Positions 19,270 through 32,008 of a stretch of 43,108 nucleotides of DNA are shown here, piece by piece (position 1 is the first letter of the stretch; each line of letters starts with the position of its first letter). The position numbers and the translations under genes were made by a program. Origin of the DNA: Actinomycetota bacterium (GTDB taxonomy: Bacteria > Actinomycetota > Actinomycetes > S36-B12); NCBI GenBank assembly GCA_029978585.1, contig JAPOJD010000003.1:1-43108 (forward strand), written 5' to 3'. The notes beneath the pieces are model-generated. The model was not told where the DNA came from. It saw only the letters and a program-made list of their open reading frames with translations, and searched no databases.

Positions 19270-19429
19270 TAGGCTGGGGGAGCTCCCCGGCGAGGGTGGT
19301 CCGCCACCGTCATCGACGAGGGTCGCTGCCGAGGCGGTATGTCCGCTTCGCGAGGAGACCCCCGCGTGCCATCGCCGGAGGGCACGACGAGCGGCCGCTC
19401 CACTGGGCGACCCTGACCGAGGAGGACAC
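19270..19429 (+). promoter_or_regulatory. rplY promoter (-10 TAGGCT) and structured ~150-nt 5' leader
   Basis: TAGGCT at 19270-19275. Hairpins GGTGG-TCCG-CCACC, GAGGCGG-N5-CCGCTTC and CGTGCC-N10-GGCACG. GAGGAGG RBS before GTG 19430. Confidence 0.5.
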
Positions 19430-19915
19430 GTGTACGTACGCCTGGATGCCGAGCCGCGCTCGGAGTTCGGGAAGGGCGCCGCCCGCCGACTTCGGCGCGA
19501 CGGCCGCGTCCCCGCGGTGCTCTACGGGGATGACGCCGTCCTGCTGCACGTGTCCCTGCCCGGGCATGACCTCGAGCAGGCCCTGCGCAAGCCGCGCGTG
19601 ACCTTCGAGATCGTGCAGTCGGGCAACACCACACTGGCCAAGCCGCGCGACATCCAGCGCGACCCGGTTCGCCGCACCCTGGAGCACGTGGACCTCATCA
19701 TCGTCACCGAGGCCGAGGCTCGCGCGCGTGCCGCGGAGTCCGAGGCGCTCATTGCGGAGGCCGCCGCGGCCGCGGAGGCAGCCGCCAGTGCGCCGGAGTT
19801 CAGCGGCTCCTACGCCGCCGAGCGCGAGTCGGAGGAAGGCGCCGGGGGCGAGCAGTCCGTCGAAGCCGGCTCGTCGGACGGCGACTCGGGATCCGACGCC
19901 GCCGACGAGTCCTGA
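19430..19915 (+). CDS. rplY: 50S ribosomal protein L25 (5S-binding domain plus acidic tail)
   Basis: RSEFGKGAARRLRRDGRVPAVLYG...DIQRDPVRRTLEHVDL, located between prs and pth. Confidence 0.93.
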   Translation: MYVRLDAEPRSEFGKGAARRLRRDGRVPAVLYGDDAVLLHVSLPGHDLEQALRKPRVTFEIVQSGNTTLAKPRDIQRDPVRRTLEHVDLIIVTEAEARARAAESEALIAEAAAAAEAAASAPEFSGSYAAERESEEGAGGEQSVEAGSSDGDSGSDAADES

Positions 19916-19931
19916 CCTTCCCGACCGCACG

Positions 19932-20522
19932 ATGGAGCCCTGGCTGGTCGTCGGCCTGGGCAACCCCGGCCCGGACTATGCCGCCACGCGCCACAACGTC
20001 GGCGTGATGGTCGTCGACGAGCTCGCCCGTCGCTGGGGTGGGCGCCTCACCTCGCACCGGTACACGCGGTGCGAGGTGCTCGAGGCCCGCTGGGCTGGAG
20101 CCAAGGTCGCGCTCGCGCGAGGTCGCTCGTACATGAACGAGTCCGGCGGCCCGGTATCCGCGCTGTGCGGCTTCTTCGGGGTGGATCCCGATCACGTCGT
20201 CCTGGTCCATGACGAACTCGACATCCCTTTCGGGGCGCTGCGGGTGAAGCAGGGCGGGGGAGACAACGGCCACAACGGTCTGCGCAGCGTCAGGTCCGCG
20301 CTGGGCACGGGGGACACGGTGCGGCTGCGCGTGGGGATCGGCAGGCCACCGGGCCGCCAGGATCCCGCCGACTTCGTGCTCCGGCCGTTCAGCGCGACAC
20401 AGCGCGAGCAACTGCCGGCGATTCTCGATCGCGCCGGGGACGCTATCGAGTGCATCATCGCTGAGGGCGTCACGCGCGCCCAGAACCTCTTCAACGCCGA
20501 TCCATCGGAGGAGCTGCCATGA
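19932..20522 (+). CDS. pth: Peptidyl-tRNA hydrolase
   Basis: LVVGLGNPG..YAATRHNVG, YMNESG, HDELD, GHNGLRS and RLRVGIGRP motifs. Confidence 0.96.
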   Translation: MEPWLVVGLGNPGPDYAATRHNVGVMVVDELARRWGGRLTSHRYTRCEVLEARWAGAKVALARGRSYMNESGGPVSALCGFFGVDPDHVVLVHDELDIPFGALRVKQGGGDNGHNGLRSVRSALGTGDTVRLRVGIGRPPGRQDPADFVLRPFSATQREQLPAILDRAGDAIECIIAEGVTRAQNLFNADPSEELP

Positions 20523-21370
20523 CCCAACCCGTGAGCGACCCCGTGAGCGACCCCGTGAGCGATATGGAGTTGTCCGCGCGCGTGGCCGCCGAGGCCGGGC
20601 GCCTGCTCCTGGAGCTCAGGGAGTCCCGCGGCCCGGTGGAGGACCGTGAGTCCGCAGACGCACTGCGCAAGGACGCGGACCGCTCCTCCCACGAACTCAT
20701 CGTCGCGCGTTTCGCCGAATCGCGCCCCGACGATGTCGTGCTCAGCGAGGAGGGCGCCGACGACCCGATCCGCCTCGATGCCGACCGAGTCTGGATCGTC
20801 GACCCGCTTGACGGCACCTGGGAGTACGGGCAGGGGCGCGCGGACTTCGCAGTGCACATCGTGCTGTGGACTCGGGATGCGTCTCACCCGGCAGGCGGAG
20901 TGCTCAGCGCGGGTACCGTGGAGCTTCCCGCCCAGGGGCTGACCCGCCAGGTCGCAGACCCGCCCGCGCCTCGCCGCGGGCTGCCGGCGGACCGCCCCGT
21001 GCGCATCGTGGCCTCGCGCACCCGGCCACCCTCGACCCTTGCGGCGGCGGTGGAGATCCTCGCCGCCCGCCTGGCCGAGCGAGGATTCGACGGCGGCGTC
21101 GAGGTTGTCGACGTCGGCTCAGTGGGCGCGAAGGTCAACGAGATCCTCAGCGGCCGAGCCGAGGCCTATGTGCACGACACGGGCTTCTACGAGTGGGATG
21201 TCGCCGCACCGCTCGCCGTCGCTCACGCGCAGGGCCTGCCGGCATCCCATATCAGCGGCGAGCCCGTGGCTTTCAACCAGCCGCGGCCGTACGTCACCGA
21301 CCTCATCGTCGGCATCCCGGAGGTCGTAGACGACCTGCGCGCCGCCATGCTCGCCGCCCAGGACGCATGA
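20519..21370 (+). CDS. cysQ: Inositol monophosphatase family protein, CysQ-like 3'(2'),5'-bisphosphate nucleotidase
   Basis: LSEEG, WIVDPLDGT, GSVGAK and YEWDVAAP motifs resemble actinobacterial CysQ. Confidence 0.75.
   Translation: MTQPVSDPVSDPVSDMELSARVAAEAGRLLLELRESRGPVEDRESADALRKDADRSSHELIVARFAESRPDDVVLSEEGADDPIRLDADRVWIVDPLDGTWEYGQGRADFAVHIVLWTRDASHPAGGVLSAGTVELPAQGLTRQVADPPAPRRGLPADRPVRIVASRTRPPSTLAAAVEILAARLAERGFDGGVEVVDVGSVGAKVNEILSGRAEAYVHDTGFYEWDVAAPLAVAHAQGLPASHISGEPVAFNQPRPYVTDLIVGIPEVVDDLRAAMLAAQDA
20528..20563 (+). repeat. 12-bp tandem repeat x3 (encodes PVSD x3)
   Basis: CCCGTGAGCGAC CCCGTGAGCGAC CCCGTGAGCGAT. Confidence 0.9.
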
Positions 21371-24300
21371 CCATCACGGGACTCCTCGACGCATTCGCGG
21401 ACGTCCCCGGATGCGAGGCGCTGACACGGGCCGCCGCGCGACCCGCCGCCGAGGACTTGCGCATCACGGCCGTCACCGCGGTGCGGCCTTTCCTCGTAGG
21501 CCATGTGGCGCAGTCCCTCCCCGAGGGGGCCCTCTGCCTGGCGGTGACTGCGACCGCGCGAGAGGCCGAGGATCTCGCGTGGGCCGTGGGCGACCTGCTG
21601 GGCGCCGGGTCCGCCGCGGAGTTCCCGGCGTGGGAGACCCTGCCGCATGAGCGGCTCAGCCCGTCCGCTGACACGGTCGGGCGGAGGCTCGACGTCCTGC
21701 GCCGGCTCGCTGCCGCGGGCGACGGCCTTCGAGTGGTCATCGCGCCGGTGCGTGCCCTCCTGCAGCCGCTGGCCCCCGGGCTCGGGGAGATCGACGTCCT
21801 GCACATGCGCGCGGGCGACACTGTCGACCTCGACGAGGCCGTGCGCCGTCTCGTCGAGTTCGGCTACGCGCGCACCGACCTCGTCGAGAAGCGCGGCCAG
21901 TTCGCCGTGCGCGGAGGGATTCTCGACGTCTTCCCGCCCACCGACGAGCACCCGGTGCGCGTCGAGCTGTGGGGTGACACGGTCGAGGAGGTCAGAGCAT
22001 TCGCAGTCAGCGATCAGCGTTCCGTCGGGCTCGTCGAGGAGGGGCTGCGGGCCGGGCCGGTGCGCGAGATCCTCCTGACTGACGACGTGCGCGCTCGCGC
22101 GGCAGCGCTGGCGATCAGCCACCCCGAACTGTCCGACATCGCCTCGCGGATCGCGGAGGGGATCGTCGTCGAGGGCATGGAGGCTCTCGCACCGGTTCTC
22201 GTCGACTCCCTCGAGCCACTGACGTCCATGCTGCCCGCGGGATCGCTCGTCCTCGCCTGCGACCCGGAGCGAGTGGCCGCTCGCGCCGGTGAACTGGTGC
22301 AGACCTCGCGTGAATTCCTCGAGGCGTCCTGGCACAGCGCGGCCATGGGAGCCCAGGCCCCCTTGGCATCGCTCGACCTGTCGGCCGCGGCATACCTGGA
22401 TCTCGCAGACGTCGAGGCGTCGGCGCGATCCGCCGGGATCGGCTGGTGGGACACCGGCCCTTTCGCGCGCGAGGAGGCGCCCGGCAGCGTCATCCTCGAC
22501 GCGGCGGCGGTGGCCGAGTTCCGCGGGGACCTGACCGCCGCGGCGGAGTCGGTGCGGGGGTGGATCGCCGAGGGTGACTCCGTGGTGCTGGTGGCGGAGG
22601 GCCACGGCTCAGCCGACAGGCTCGCGCAGTACTTCCGCGAAGCCGGGGTGGCGCCGCTCGAGGTGGCGACAGGGCGCCTCCACGACGGCTTCGTCAGCCG
22701 GCCGGCGCATCTAGTCGTCCTCACGGAGATGGACCTGCTGGGGCAGCGGACGGAGACCCGCGACCTCGCGAGGATGCCATCGCGCCGTCGCAACGCCATC
22801 GATCCGCTGGCTCTCGTCGCCGGGGACTACGTCGTTCACGACCAGCACGGGGTGGGCAGGTACGTCGACATGATCGAGCGCACGGTGGCGGGGGCCACCC
22901 GGGAGTACGTCGTGCTCGAATACGCGGCGTCGAAGCGGGGCCAGCCCCCCGACCGCCTCTACGTCCCGACCGACCAACTGGACCAGGTCACGCGCTACGT
23001 CGGAGGGGAGGCACCGAGCCTGCACCGTCTAGGCGGGACGGACTGGCAGCGCACCAAGGGCCGCGCCAGGCGCGCCGTGCGCGAGATCGCGGGCGAATTG
23101 ATCCGGCTGTACGCCGCCCGGCAGGCCGCGCCCGGCCACGCCTTCGGGCCGGACACGGAGTGGCAGCGCGAGCTCGAGGACGCCTTCCCCTACGTCGAGA
23201 CCCCCGACCAGATGGCGAGCATCGACGAGGTCAAGGCCGACATGCAGCGGTCCACCCCCATGGACCGAGTCATCTGTGGCGACGTGGGCTACGGCAAGAC
23301 GGAGATCGCCGTGCGTGCGGCCTTCAAGGCGGTGCAGGACGGCAAGCAGGTGGCGGTCCTCGTGCCCACCACGCTGCTCGTGCAGCAGCATCTCGCGACG
23401 TTCTCGGCGCGGTACGCGCCGTTTCCCGTGCGGGTGGCCGCCCTCTCGCGCTTCAACTCCGACGCCGATGTGCGGGAGACCCTGGAGGGCCTGGAGGACG
23501 GCACCGTCGATGTCGTGATCGGCACGCACCGCCTGCTGACCACTCAGGTGAGGTTCCGGGATCTCGGCCTCGTCATCGTCGACGAGGAGCAGCGCTTCGG
23601 CGTCGAGCACAAGGAGCACCTCAAGGCCTTGCGCACCGCGGTCGACGTGCTCACCATGTCGGCAACGCCGATTCCGCGCACGCTCGAGATGTCACTCACG
23701 GGCATCCGCGACCTCTCCACGATCCAGACGCCCCCCGAGGAGCGCCATCCCATCCTCACGTTCGTGGGTCCCTACGACGACCGGCAGGTGGCCGCGGCCA
23801 TCCGGCGGGAGCTCATCCGCGACGGCCAGGTCTTCTTCGTACACAATCGCGTGGAGTCGATCGAGCGGGCCGCTGCCCGGCTGAGGGACCTCGTGCCCGA
23901 GGCGCGCATCGCGGTGGCGCACGGCCAGATGAACGAGCATGCCCTGGAGCGCGTCGTCGTGGACTTCTGGGAGCGGCGGGTCGACGTCCTCGTGTGCACG
24001 ACCATCGTGGAGAACGGCATCGACATTGCCAACGCCAATACCCTCATCGTGGACCGCGCCGATGCCCTCGGCCTGTCGCAGCTGCACCAGTTGCGCGGCC
24101 GGGTGGGCCGGGGGCGCGAGCGCGGGTACGCGTACTTCCTGTATCCGCCCGAGAGCGCCCTCAGCGAGACGGCGTACGACCGGCTAGCCACGATCGCCCA
24201 GCACGCCGACCTGGGTTCGGGCATGCAGATCGCGCTCAAGGACCTCGAGATCCGCGGTGCCGGCAATCTCCTGGGCGGGGAGCAGAGCGGTCACATCGCG

Positions 24301-24846
24301 GAGGTGGGCTTCGACCTGTACGTCCGCCTCGTGGGCGAGGCGCTGGCCGAGGCGCGGGGCGAGCCCGAGGCCGCGCCCGAGGCCAAGGTCGAGCTGCCCG
24401 TCAACGCCTACATCCCCCACGAGTACGTCCCCGAGGAGCGCCTGCGCCTGGAGGCCTACCGCAGGCTCGCGTCCGCCGGGACGAACGAGGAGGTGGCGGC
24501 CGTCGAGGCCGAGTTGCTCGATCGCTACGGCCCCACGCCGGAGCCGGTGGCCGCCCTGCTCGCGGTCGCCCGCTTCCGCGCCCGCGCCCGGTCCCTCGGA
24601 CTCGAGGAGGTCGTGGGCCTCGGGCAGCGCATCCGCTTCGCTCCGGTGGACCTTCCCGAGTCGCGGGCGCTGAAGCTGTCCCGGCTGCACCCGGGCACCG
24701 TGATCAAGCCCGCTGTCCGTACGATCCTGGTGCCGCGTCCCACCACGGCCCGCGTCGGGGGGGAGCCCCTGCGCGACCGGGAACTCCTGGAGTGGGCGGA
24801 CTCGGTGCTCGATGTCCTGGAGCCGATGTCAGGGAGTGCGACGTGA
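21367..24846 (+). CDS. mfd: Transcription-repair coupling factor
   Basis: [14 protein letters not shown], CarD-like [36 protein letters not shown] and a TRCF C-terminus. ATGA overlap with cysQ. Confidence 0.97.
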   Translation: MTITGLLDAFADVPGCEALTRAAARPAAEDLRITAVTAVRPFLVGHVAQSLPEGALCLAVTATAREAEDLAWAVGDLLGAGSAAEFPAWETLPHERLSPSADTVGRRLDVLRRLAAAGDGLRVVIAPVRALLQPLAPGLGEIDVLHMRAGDTVDLDEAVRRLVEFGYARTDLVEKRGQFAVRGGILDVFPPTDEHPVRVELWGDTVEEVRAFAVSDQRSVGLVEEGLRAGPVREILLTDDVRARAAALAISHPELSDIASRIAEGIVVEGMEALAPVLVDSLEPLTSMLPAGSLVLACDPERVAARAGELVQTSREFLEASWHSAAMGAQAPLASLDLSAAAYLDLADVEASARSAGIGWWDTGPFAREEAPGSVILDAAAVAEFRGDLTAAAESVRGWIAEGDSVVLVAEGHGSADRLAQYFREAGVAPLEVATGRLHDGFVSRPAHLVVLTEMDLLGQRTETRDLARMPSRRRNAIDPLALVAGDYVVHDQHGVGRYVDMIERTVAGATREYVVLEYAASKRGQPPDRLYVPTDQLDQVTRYVGGEAPSLHRLGGTDWQRTKGRARRAVREIAGELIRLYAARQAAPGHAFGPDTEWQRELEDAFPYVETPDQMASIDEVKADMQRSTPMDRVICGDVGYGKTEIAVRAAFKAVQDGKQVAVLVPTTLLVQQHLATFSARYAPFPVRVAALSRFNSDADVRETLEGLEDGTVDVVIGTHRLLTTQVRFRDLGLVIVDEEQRFGVEHKEHLKALRTAVDVLTMSATPIPRTLEMSLTGIRDLSTIQTPPEERHPILTFVGPYDDRQVAAAIRRELIRDGQVFFVHNRVESIERAAARLRDLVPEARIAVAHGQMNEHALERVVVDFWERRVDVLVCTTIVENGIDIANANTLIVDRADALGLSQLHQLRGRVGRGRERGYAYFLYPPESALSETAYDRLATIAQHADLGSGMQIALKDLEIRGAGNLLGGEQSGHIAEVGFDLYVRLVGEALAEARGEPEAAPEAKVELPVNAYIPHEYVPEERLRLEAYRRLASAGTNEEVAAVEAELLDRYGPTPEPVAALLAVARFRARARSLGLEEVVGLGQRIRFAPVDLPESRALKLSRLHPGTVIKPAVRTILVPRPTTARVGGEPLRDRELLEWADSVLDVLEPMSGSAT

Positions 24847-25478
24847 TTCGTCGATCGGGAGCCGCCGCAGCGGTGCTTCTGGCGCTGTCCGCCGTTCTCG
24901 CAGCGTGCGGCAACACCGCGAGCGCGGGCGACGCGGCGGTGATCGGGGACGCGAGCATCAGTTCCGATGACCTGGCCGCGACGGTCACCGAGGTCCAGGA
25001 GGCGCTGGGGACCACCCCGGGCGCTGCGGACGCGAACCTCGTCGTGGACATCCTGCAGCGCGAGATCATCACCGAGCTCGTCGCGCAGGCGGCGCAGCGC
25101 GAGGGCATCAGCGTCACCCAGGGCCAGATCGATGCCAAGCGCGCGGAGGCGGCGGCCGGGGTCGGCGGCGACGACCAGCTGGAGCTCGCGTTCCTCAACA
25201 GCAATGTGCCGCCCTCCCAGGTGGACGAGCAGATCGCGCTGTCGATCGAGGTCGAGGCGCTGGGAGCGAAGCTCGCGGCCGGAGGCCCGGTCGAGCAGCA
25301 GCAGGGCGCCGTCTACGCCTACATCGTCGGCCTGTCGGAAGAGCTCGACGTCCTCGTGAGCCCCCGCTTCGGCACCTGGTCGAACGTCGAACTGCAGATC
25401 GGTCCCGTCCCCACGGACCTGGCCACTCCCGCGCAGCCGCAGGAGGACCTGGGCGAACTGCCCGTGCCCCAGGGCTGA
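24843..25478 (+). CDS. Lipoprotein with SurA N-terminal-like domain
   Basis: Lipobox VLAAC, AAVIGD..I, REGISVTQGQID and VSPRFGTW. Conserved mfd-mazG position. Confidence 0.7.
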   Translation: MIRRSGAAAAVLLALSAVLAACGNTASAGDAAVIGDASISSDDLAATVTEVQEALGTTPGAADANLVVDILQREIITELVAQAAQREGISVTQGQIDAKRAEAAAGVGGDDQLELAFLNSNVPPSQVDEQIALSIEVEALGAKLAAGGPVEQQQGAVYAYIVGLSEELDVLVSPRFGTWSNVELQIGPVPTDLATPAQPQEDLGELPVPQG

Positions 25479-25479
25479 C

Positions 25480-26123
25480 GTGGACGGCGTTCGTGCCCTC
25501 GTGGAGGTCATGGATCGACTGCGTTCGCCCGGGGGTTGCCCCTGGGATGCGCGCCAGACCCATCGCAGCCTCGTGGAGTACCTCGTCGAGGAGGCCTACG
25601 AGACCGTGGAGGCCATCGAGGCCGACGACCGCGATGGGTTGCGCGAGGAGCTCGGCGACCTGCTGCTTCAGGTGGTGTTCCATGCGCGGATCGCGGAGGA
25701 GGACCCCGAGGATCCGTGGGGCCTGGACGAGGTCGCGCGCGGGATCGCGGACAAGCTGATCGCGCGTCATCCGCATGTGTTCGCCGGGGAGGAGGCTGAC
25801 TCCGCTGAGTTGGTCGAGCGTCGATGGCATGAGCGCAAGGCCGTGGAGAAGGGGCGTTCGTCGGTCACCGATGGCATCCCCGATTCCCTCCCGGCCCTGC
25901 TCTGGAGCGCCAAGCTACTCGCGCGCAGCGAGGGCCTCGGCGCGCAGATCCCGCGTGCCGAGGAAGGCCGGGACATCGTCGGGGGCCTGATCGACGAGAG
26001 CGAGCTCGGCGACCTCCTGCTCGGCGTGGTTGCAGCGGCTCGGGCGCGTGGCTGGGATGCCGAGGCGGCGGTGCGCCAGGCGGCCCGGCGCCACCGGGAG
26101 CGCATCCGCGCGATCGAGGGTCG

Positions 26124-26127
<4 letters not shown>
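25480..26127 (+). CDS. mazG: MazG family nucleoside triphosphate pyrophosphohydrolase
   Basis: LRSPGGCPWD..QTH.SL..YLVEEAYE, EELGDLLLQVVFHA and KLIARHPHVF motifs. Confidence 0.93.
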
Positions 26128-29083
<2,956 letters not shown>

Positions 29084-29101
29084 CCGTGGCATCATGGCGG
29101 G

Positions 29102-29485
29102 GTGTCCCGCCCCTTCCAGCGCACGCGAGCGGGACGCGCAGTGATCGTCGTCGTGGTGCTCGCCGCCCTCGGACTGACCCTGGCCATCCCACTGCGGGAG
29201 TGGCTCGCCCAGCGCGCGGAGATCGCCGCGCTGAGCGAGGAGGTCGAGGCGGCACAGAAGCGCGTCGACGCGCTCGAGGGCGAGGCGGCGGACTGGCAGG
29301 ATTCCGCCTACGTCGTGGCCCAGGCGCGAGCCCGGCTGCACTTCGTCTTCCCGGGGGAGATCGGCTACGTCGTGCTCGGTGCCGACGACCGTCCGATCGA
29401 CCCCGTCCCGAAGGAGGCGGGCCCCCCGGTGGCGTGGTACTCCCTGCTGTGGGCCTCGACGCGGGAGGCCGACGCAGCGCCGTGA
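29102..29485 (+). CDS. ftsB: Septum formation initiator FtsB/DivIC family
   Basis: One TM, a coiled coil and QARARLHFVFPGE, directly after eno. Confidence 0.85.
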   Translation: MSRPFQRTRAGRAVIVVVVLAALGLTLAIPLREWLAQRAEIAALSEEVEAAQKRVDALEGEAADWQDSAYVVAQARARLHFVFPGEIGYVVLGADDRPIDPVPKEAGPPVAWYSLLWASTREADAAP

Positions 29486-29985
29486 CCGGATCGTGCGACG
29501 AGGCACCGATCGCCGACGCGGACGTGGCCGCAGTGCGTCGCCAGCTCGGACGCGAGCCGCGCGGAATGCTGGCGGTGGCGCACCGGTGTCCGTGCGGCCG
29601 GCCTGATGTCGTCGTCACCGCGCCACGACTCGATGACGGAACGCCGTTCCCGACCGTCTACTACCTCACCTGCCCCAAGGCCTGCTCGGCCGTCGGCCGG
29701 CTGGAGGGCAGTGGGCTGATGCGCGAGATGGAAGACCGCTTGGCCGATGACCCCGAACTCGCGGCTGCCTACGCCCGCGCACACGAGGCCTACCTGCGCG
29801 ATCGCGAGTCCCTGCAGTGCGTGGACGAGATCGCGGACGTGAGCGCAGGAGGCATGCCTGATCGTGTCAAGTGCCTGCATGTCCTCCTCGCCCACTCACT
29901 GGCCGCGGGCGCGGGGGTTAATCCCCTGGGCGACGAGGTGCGCGAGGCCGTCGGGGTGTGGTGGGAGCCGACGTCGTGCGAGTAG
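29482..29985 (+). CDS. DUF501 domain protein (Rv1025-like)
   Basis: QLGREPRG, PRLDDGTPFPTVYYLTCP and GGMPDRVKCLH motifs, in eno-ftsB-DUF501-ppx synteny. Confidence 0.9.
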   Translation: MTGSCDEAPIADADVAAVRRQLGREPRGMLAVAHRCPCGRPDVVVTAPRLDDGTPFPTVYYLTCPKACSAVGRLEGSGLMREMEDRLADDPELAAAYARAHEAYLRDRESLQCVDEIADVSAGGMPDRVKCLHVLLAHSLAAGAGVNPLGDEVREAVGVWWEPTSCE

Positions 29986-30896
29986 CAGCCATCGACTGTG
30001 GCACGAACAGCATCAGGCTGCTCATCGCCGACGTCCACGCCACCGGTCTCGTCGACGTGGTGCGGCGCATGGAGATCGTGCGCCTCGGGGAGGGAGTCGA
30101 CGGAACCGGCCGCTTCAGTGACGCTGCCCTTGACCGGACCTTCGCGGCCTGCGACAGCTTCGCTGCGGAGATCGCCCGATGCGGAGCCGAGCGGCTGCGC
30201 TTCGTGGCGACGAGCGCAAGCCGCGATGTGTCCAACCGCAGCGCCTTCGTCGAGGGCGTGCACCTCCGGCTCGGCGTCGAGCCAAGCGTTATCAGCGGGG
30301 ACGAGGAGGCAGCGCTGTCTTTCGCGGGCGCCACGCTCGGACTTGACGGCGGCCTCGCACCCGCGCCGCGCCTTGTAGTGGACATCGGCGGAGGCTCCAC
30401 GGAGTTCGTCGTCGGGGACGCCGCGCCATGGTCGTCGATCTCCGTCGACATCGGGTGCGTCCGCATGACCGAACGTCACCTCGCGGGTGATCCACCGACC
30501 CAGGAGCAGGTTGCGGCAGCGCAGCGGGATATCGATGCCGCGGTGAGTCGGGCGATCGATGCCGTTGGCGCTCGGCGGGCGAGCAGCCTCGTGGGCCTGG
30601 CCGGCAGCGTCACGACCGTGGCCGCGCTGGCGCTTCGCCTCCCGGAGTACGACCCGGAGGCCCTGCAGGGGTCCGTCATCAGCGCCGACGACGTTCGGGA
30701 GGTCACCGCCTCCCTCGTGACCATGCCGCGATCGGAGCGCGCCGCCCTGCCCGTCATGCATCCGGGCCGGGTCGATGTCATCGCGGGCGGTGCCATGATC
30801 CTGCGCTCGATCGTCGACGCCGTGGGTGCCGACTCCGTCGTGGTGAGCGAGCACGACATCCTCGACGGGATCGCGTGGGGGCTGCGCCCCGCATAG
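29976..30896 (+). CDS. ppx: Exopolyphosphatase, Ppx/GppA family
   Basis: AAIDCGTNSIRL, ATSASRD, ISGDEEA, DIGGGSTE and SEHDILDG motifs. Confidence 0.93.
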   Translation: MRVAAIDCGTNSIRLLIADVHATGLVDVVRRMEIVRLGEGVDGTGRFSDAALDRTFAACDSFAAEIARCGAERLRFVATSASRDVSNRSAFVEGVHLRLGVEPSVISGDEEAALSFAGATLGLDGGLAPAPRLVVDIGGGSTEFVVGDAAPWSSISVDIGCVRMTERHLAGDPPTQEQVAAAQRDIDAAVSRAIDAVGARRASSLVGLAGSVTTVAALALRLPEYDPEALQGSVISADDVREVTASLVTMPRSERAALPVMHPGRVDVIAGGAMILRSIVDAVGADSVVVSEHDILDGIAWGLRPA

Positions 30897-30929
30897 GCCC
30901 GGGGCTGCGCCCCGCATAGGCCCGGGGCT
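30878..30929 (+). repeat. 23-bp tandem duplication spanning the ppx stop codon
   Basis: GGGGCTGCGCCCCGCATAGGCCC at 30878-30900 and 30901-30923, plus a partial GGGGCT. Confidence 0.9.
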
Positions 30930-30970
30930 CCGGTCGCTGTAACGCCTTGCGGGCCCGTTACCGTAACGCT

Positions 30971-31975
30971 GTGGCCATCACCATCCGCGATGTCGCACGC
31001 GAGGCGGGCGTGTCGACAGCCACCGTGTCGCGGGCACTGCGGGGCCTGCCGCACGTCGACCCCCAGACGCGCGAGCACGTGGCCCGGGTCGCTGCTGAGT
31101 TGGACTACGTCGCCTCCGCCAACGCCTCCCGGCTGGCCAGCGGACGACAGGGCACCGTCGCCGTCATCACGCCGTCACTGTCGCGCTGGTTCTTCGCCAC
31201 GGTCCTCGCGGGGATCGGCGAGGTCCTGCAGGCGGAGGACCTCGACCTGCTCGTGCACTCTGTCGAGGATGCGTCCGCCCCGAGCCTCCCCAGCGAGCGC
31301 CGGCTGCGGGGAAGAGTCGATGGGGTCATCGCTGTCGCCCTCCCGTCGGGCGATGCGCAGGACCTCCGCGGCATCGGGGTTCCCCTCTCCCTGATCGGGG
31401 CCACGGCAGACGGCGTTCCGTCCGTGACCATCGATGATGTCGATGCGGCGCGCACAGCCACGGCTCACTTGATCTCGCTCGGACACGAGCGCATCGGCCT
31501 CATCGGCAGCGGCGACGACGCCTCCGCGGACTCGGCGGGCAGCTGGCGCATGGAGGGGTTCCGCGAAGCGATGCTGGAAGCCGGGATCCCGATCGACACC
31601 CGGCTGCATGCGGATGGGGGTTTCACGGTCGATGGCGGTGAGACCGCGATGGCGGCACTCCTTGCACGACCCGACCGGCCCACGGCGGTGTTCGCGCTGT
31701 CCGACGAGATGGCGTTCGGCGCGATGCGCTCACTGCGCCGGCATGCCCTGCGTCCGGGCAATGACGTCGCCCTCATCGGGATCGACGGCCACGACCTGTC
31801 CGGCCTGCTGGACCTGTCCACGGTCGCGCAGCCGGTCTCGGACATGGGGCGCATGGCGGCGGAGCAGGTGCTGCGGCAGTGGCGCGGCGATACGCCGGAG
31901 CCCGTGCGGGCGCCGACGAGCCTGGTCGCCCGCGGGAGCACCCTGCCGGTCGCCGAGGCCGTCGCCCTGGCCTGA
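30971..31975 (+). CDS. LacI family transcriptional regulator
   Basis: TIRDVAREAGVSTATVSRAL helix-turn-helix, ATAHLISLGHERIG, PTAVFALSDEMAFG and LSTVAQP. Confidence 0.94.
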   Translation: MAITIRDVAREAGVSTATVSRALRGLPHVDPQTREHVARVAAELDYVASANASRLASGRQGTVAVITPSLSRWFFATVLAGIGEVLQAEDLDLLVHSVEDASAPSLPSERRLRGRVDGVIAVALPSGDAQDLRGIGVPLSLIGATADGVPSVTIDDVDAARTATAHLISLGHERIGLIGSGDDASADSAGSWRMEGFREAMLEAGIPIDTRLHADGGFTVDGGETAMAALLARPDRPTAVFALSDEMAFGAMRSLRRHALRPGNDVALIGIDGHDLSGLLDLSTVAQPVSDMGRMAAEQVLRQWRGDTPEPVRAPTSLVARGSTLPVAEAVALA

Positions 31976-32008
31976 GGCCGCGACCGCCGCGCGCACTAGG
32001 CTGCCGCC

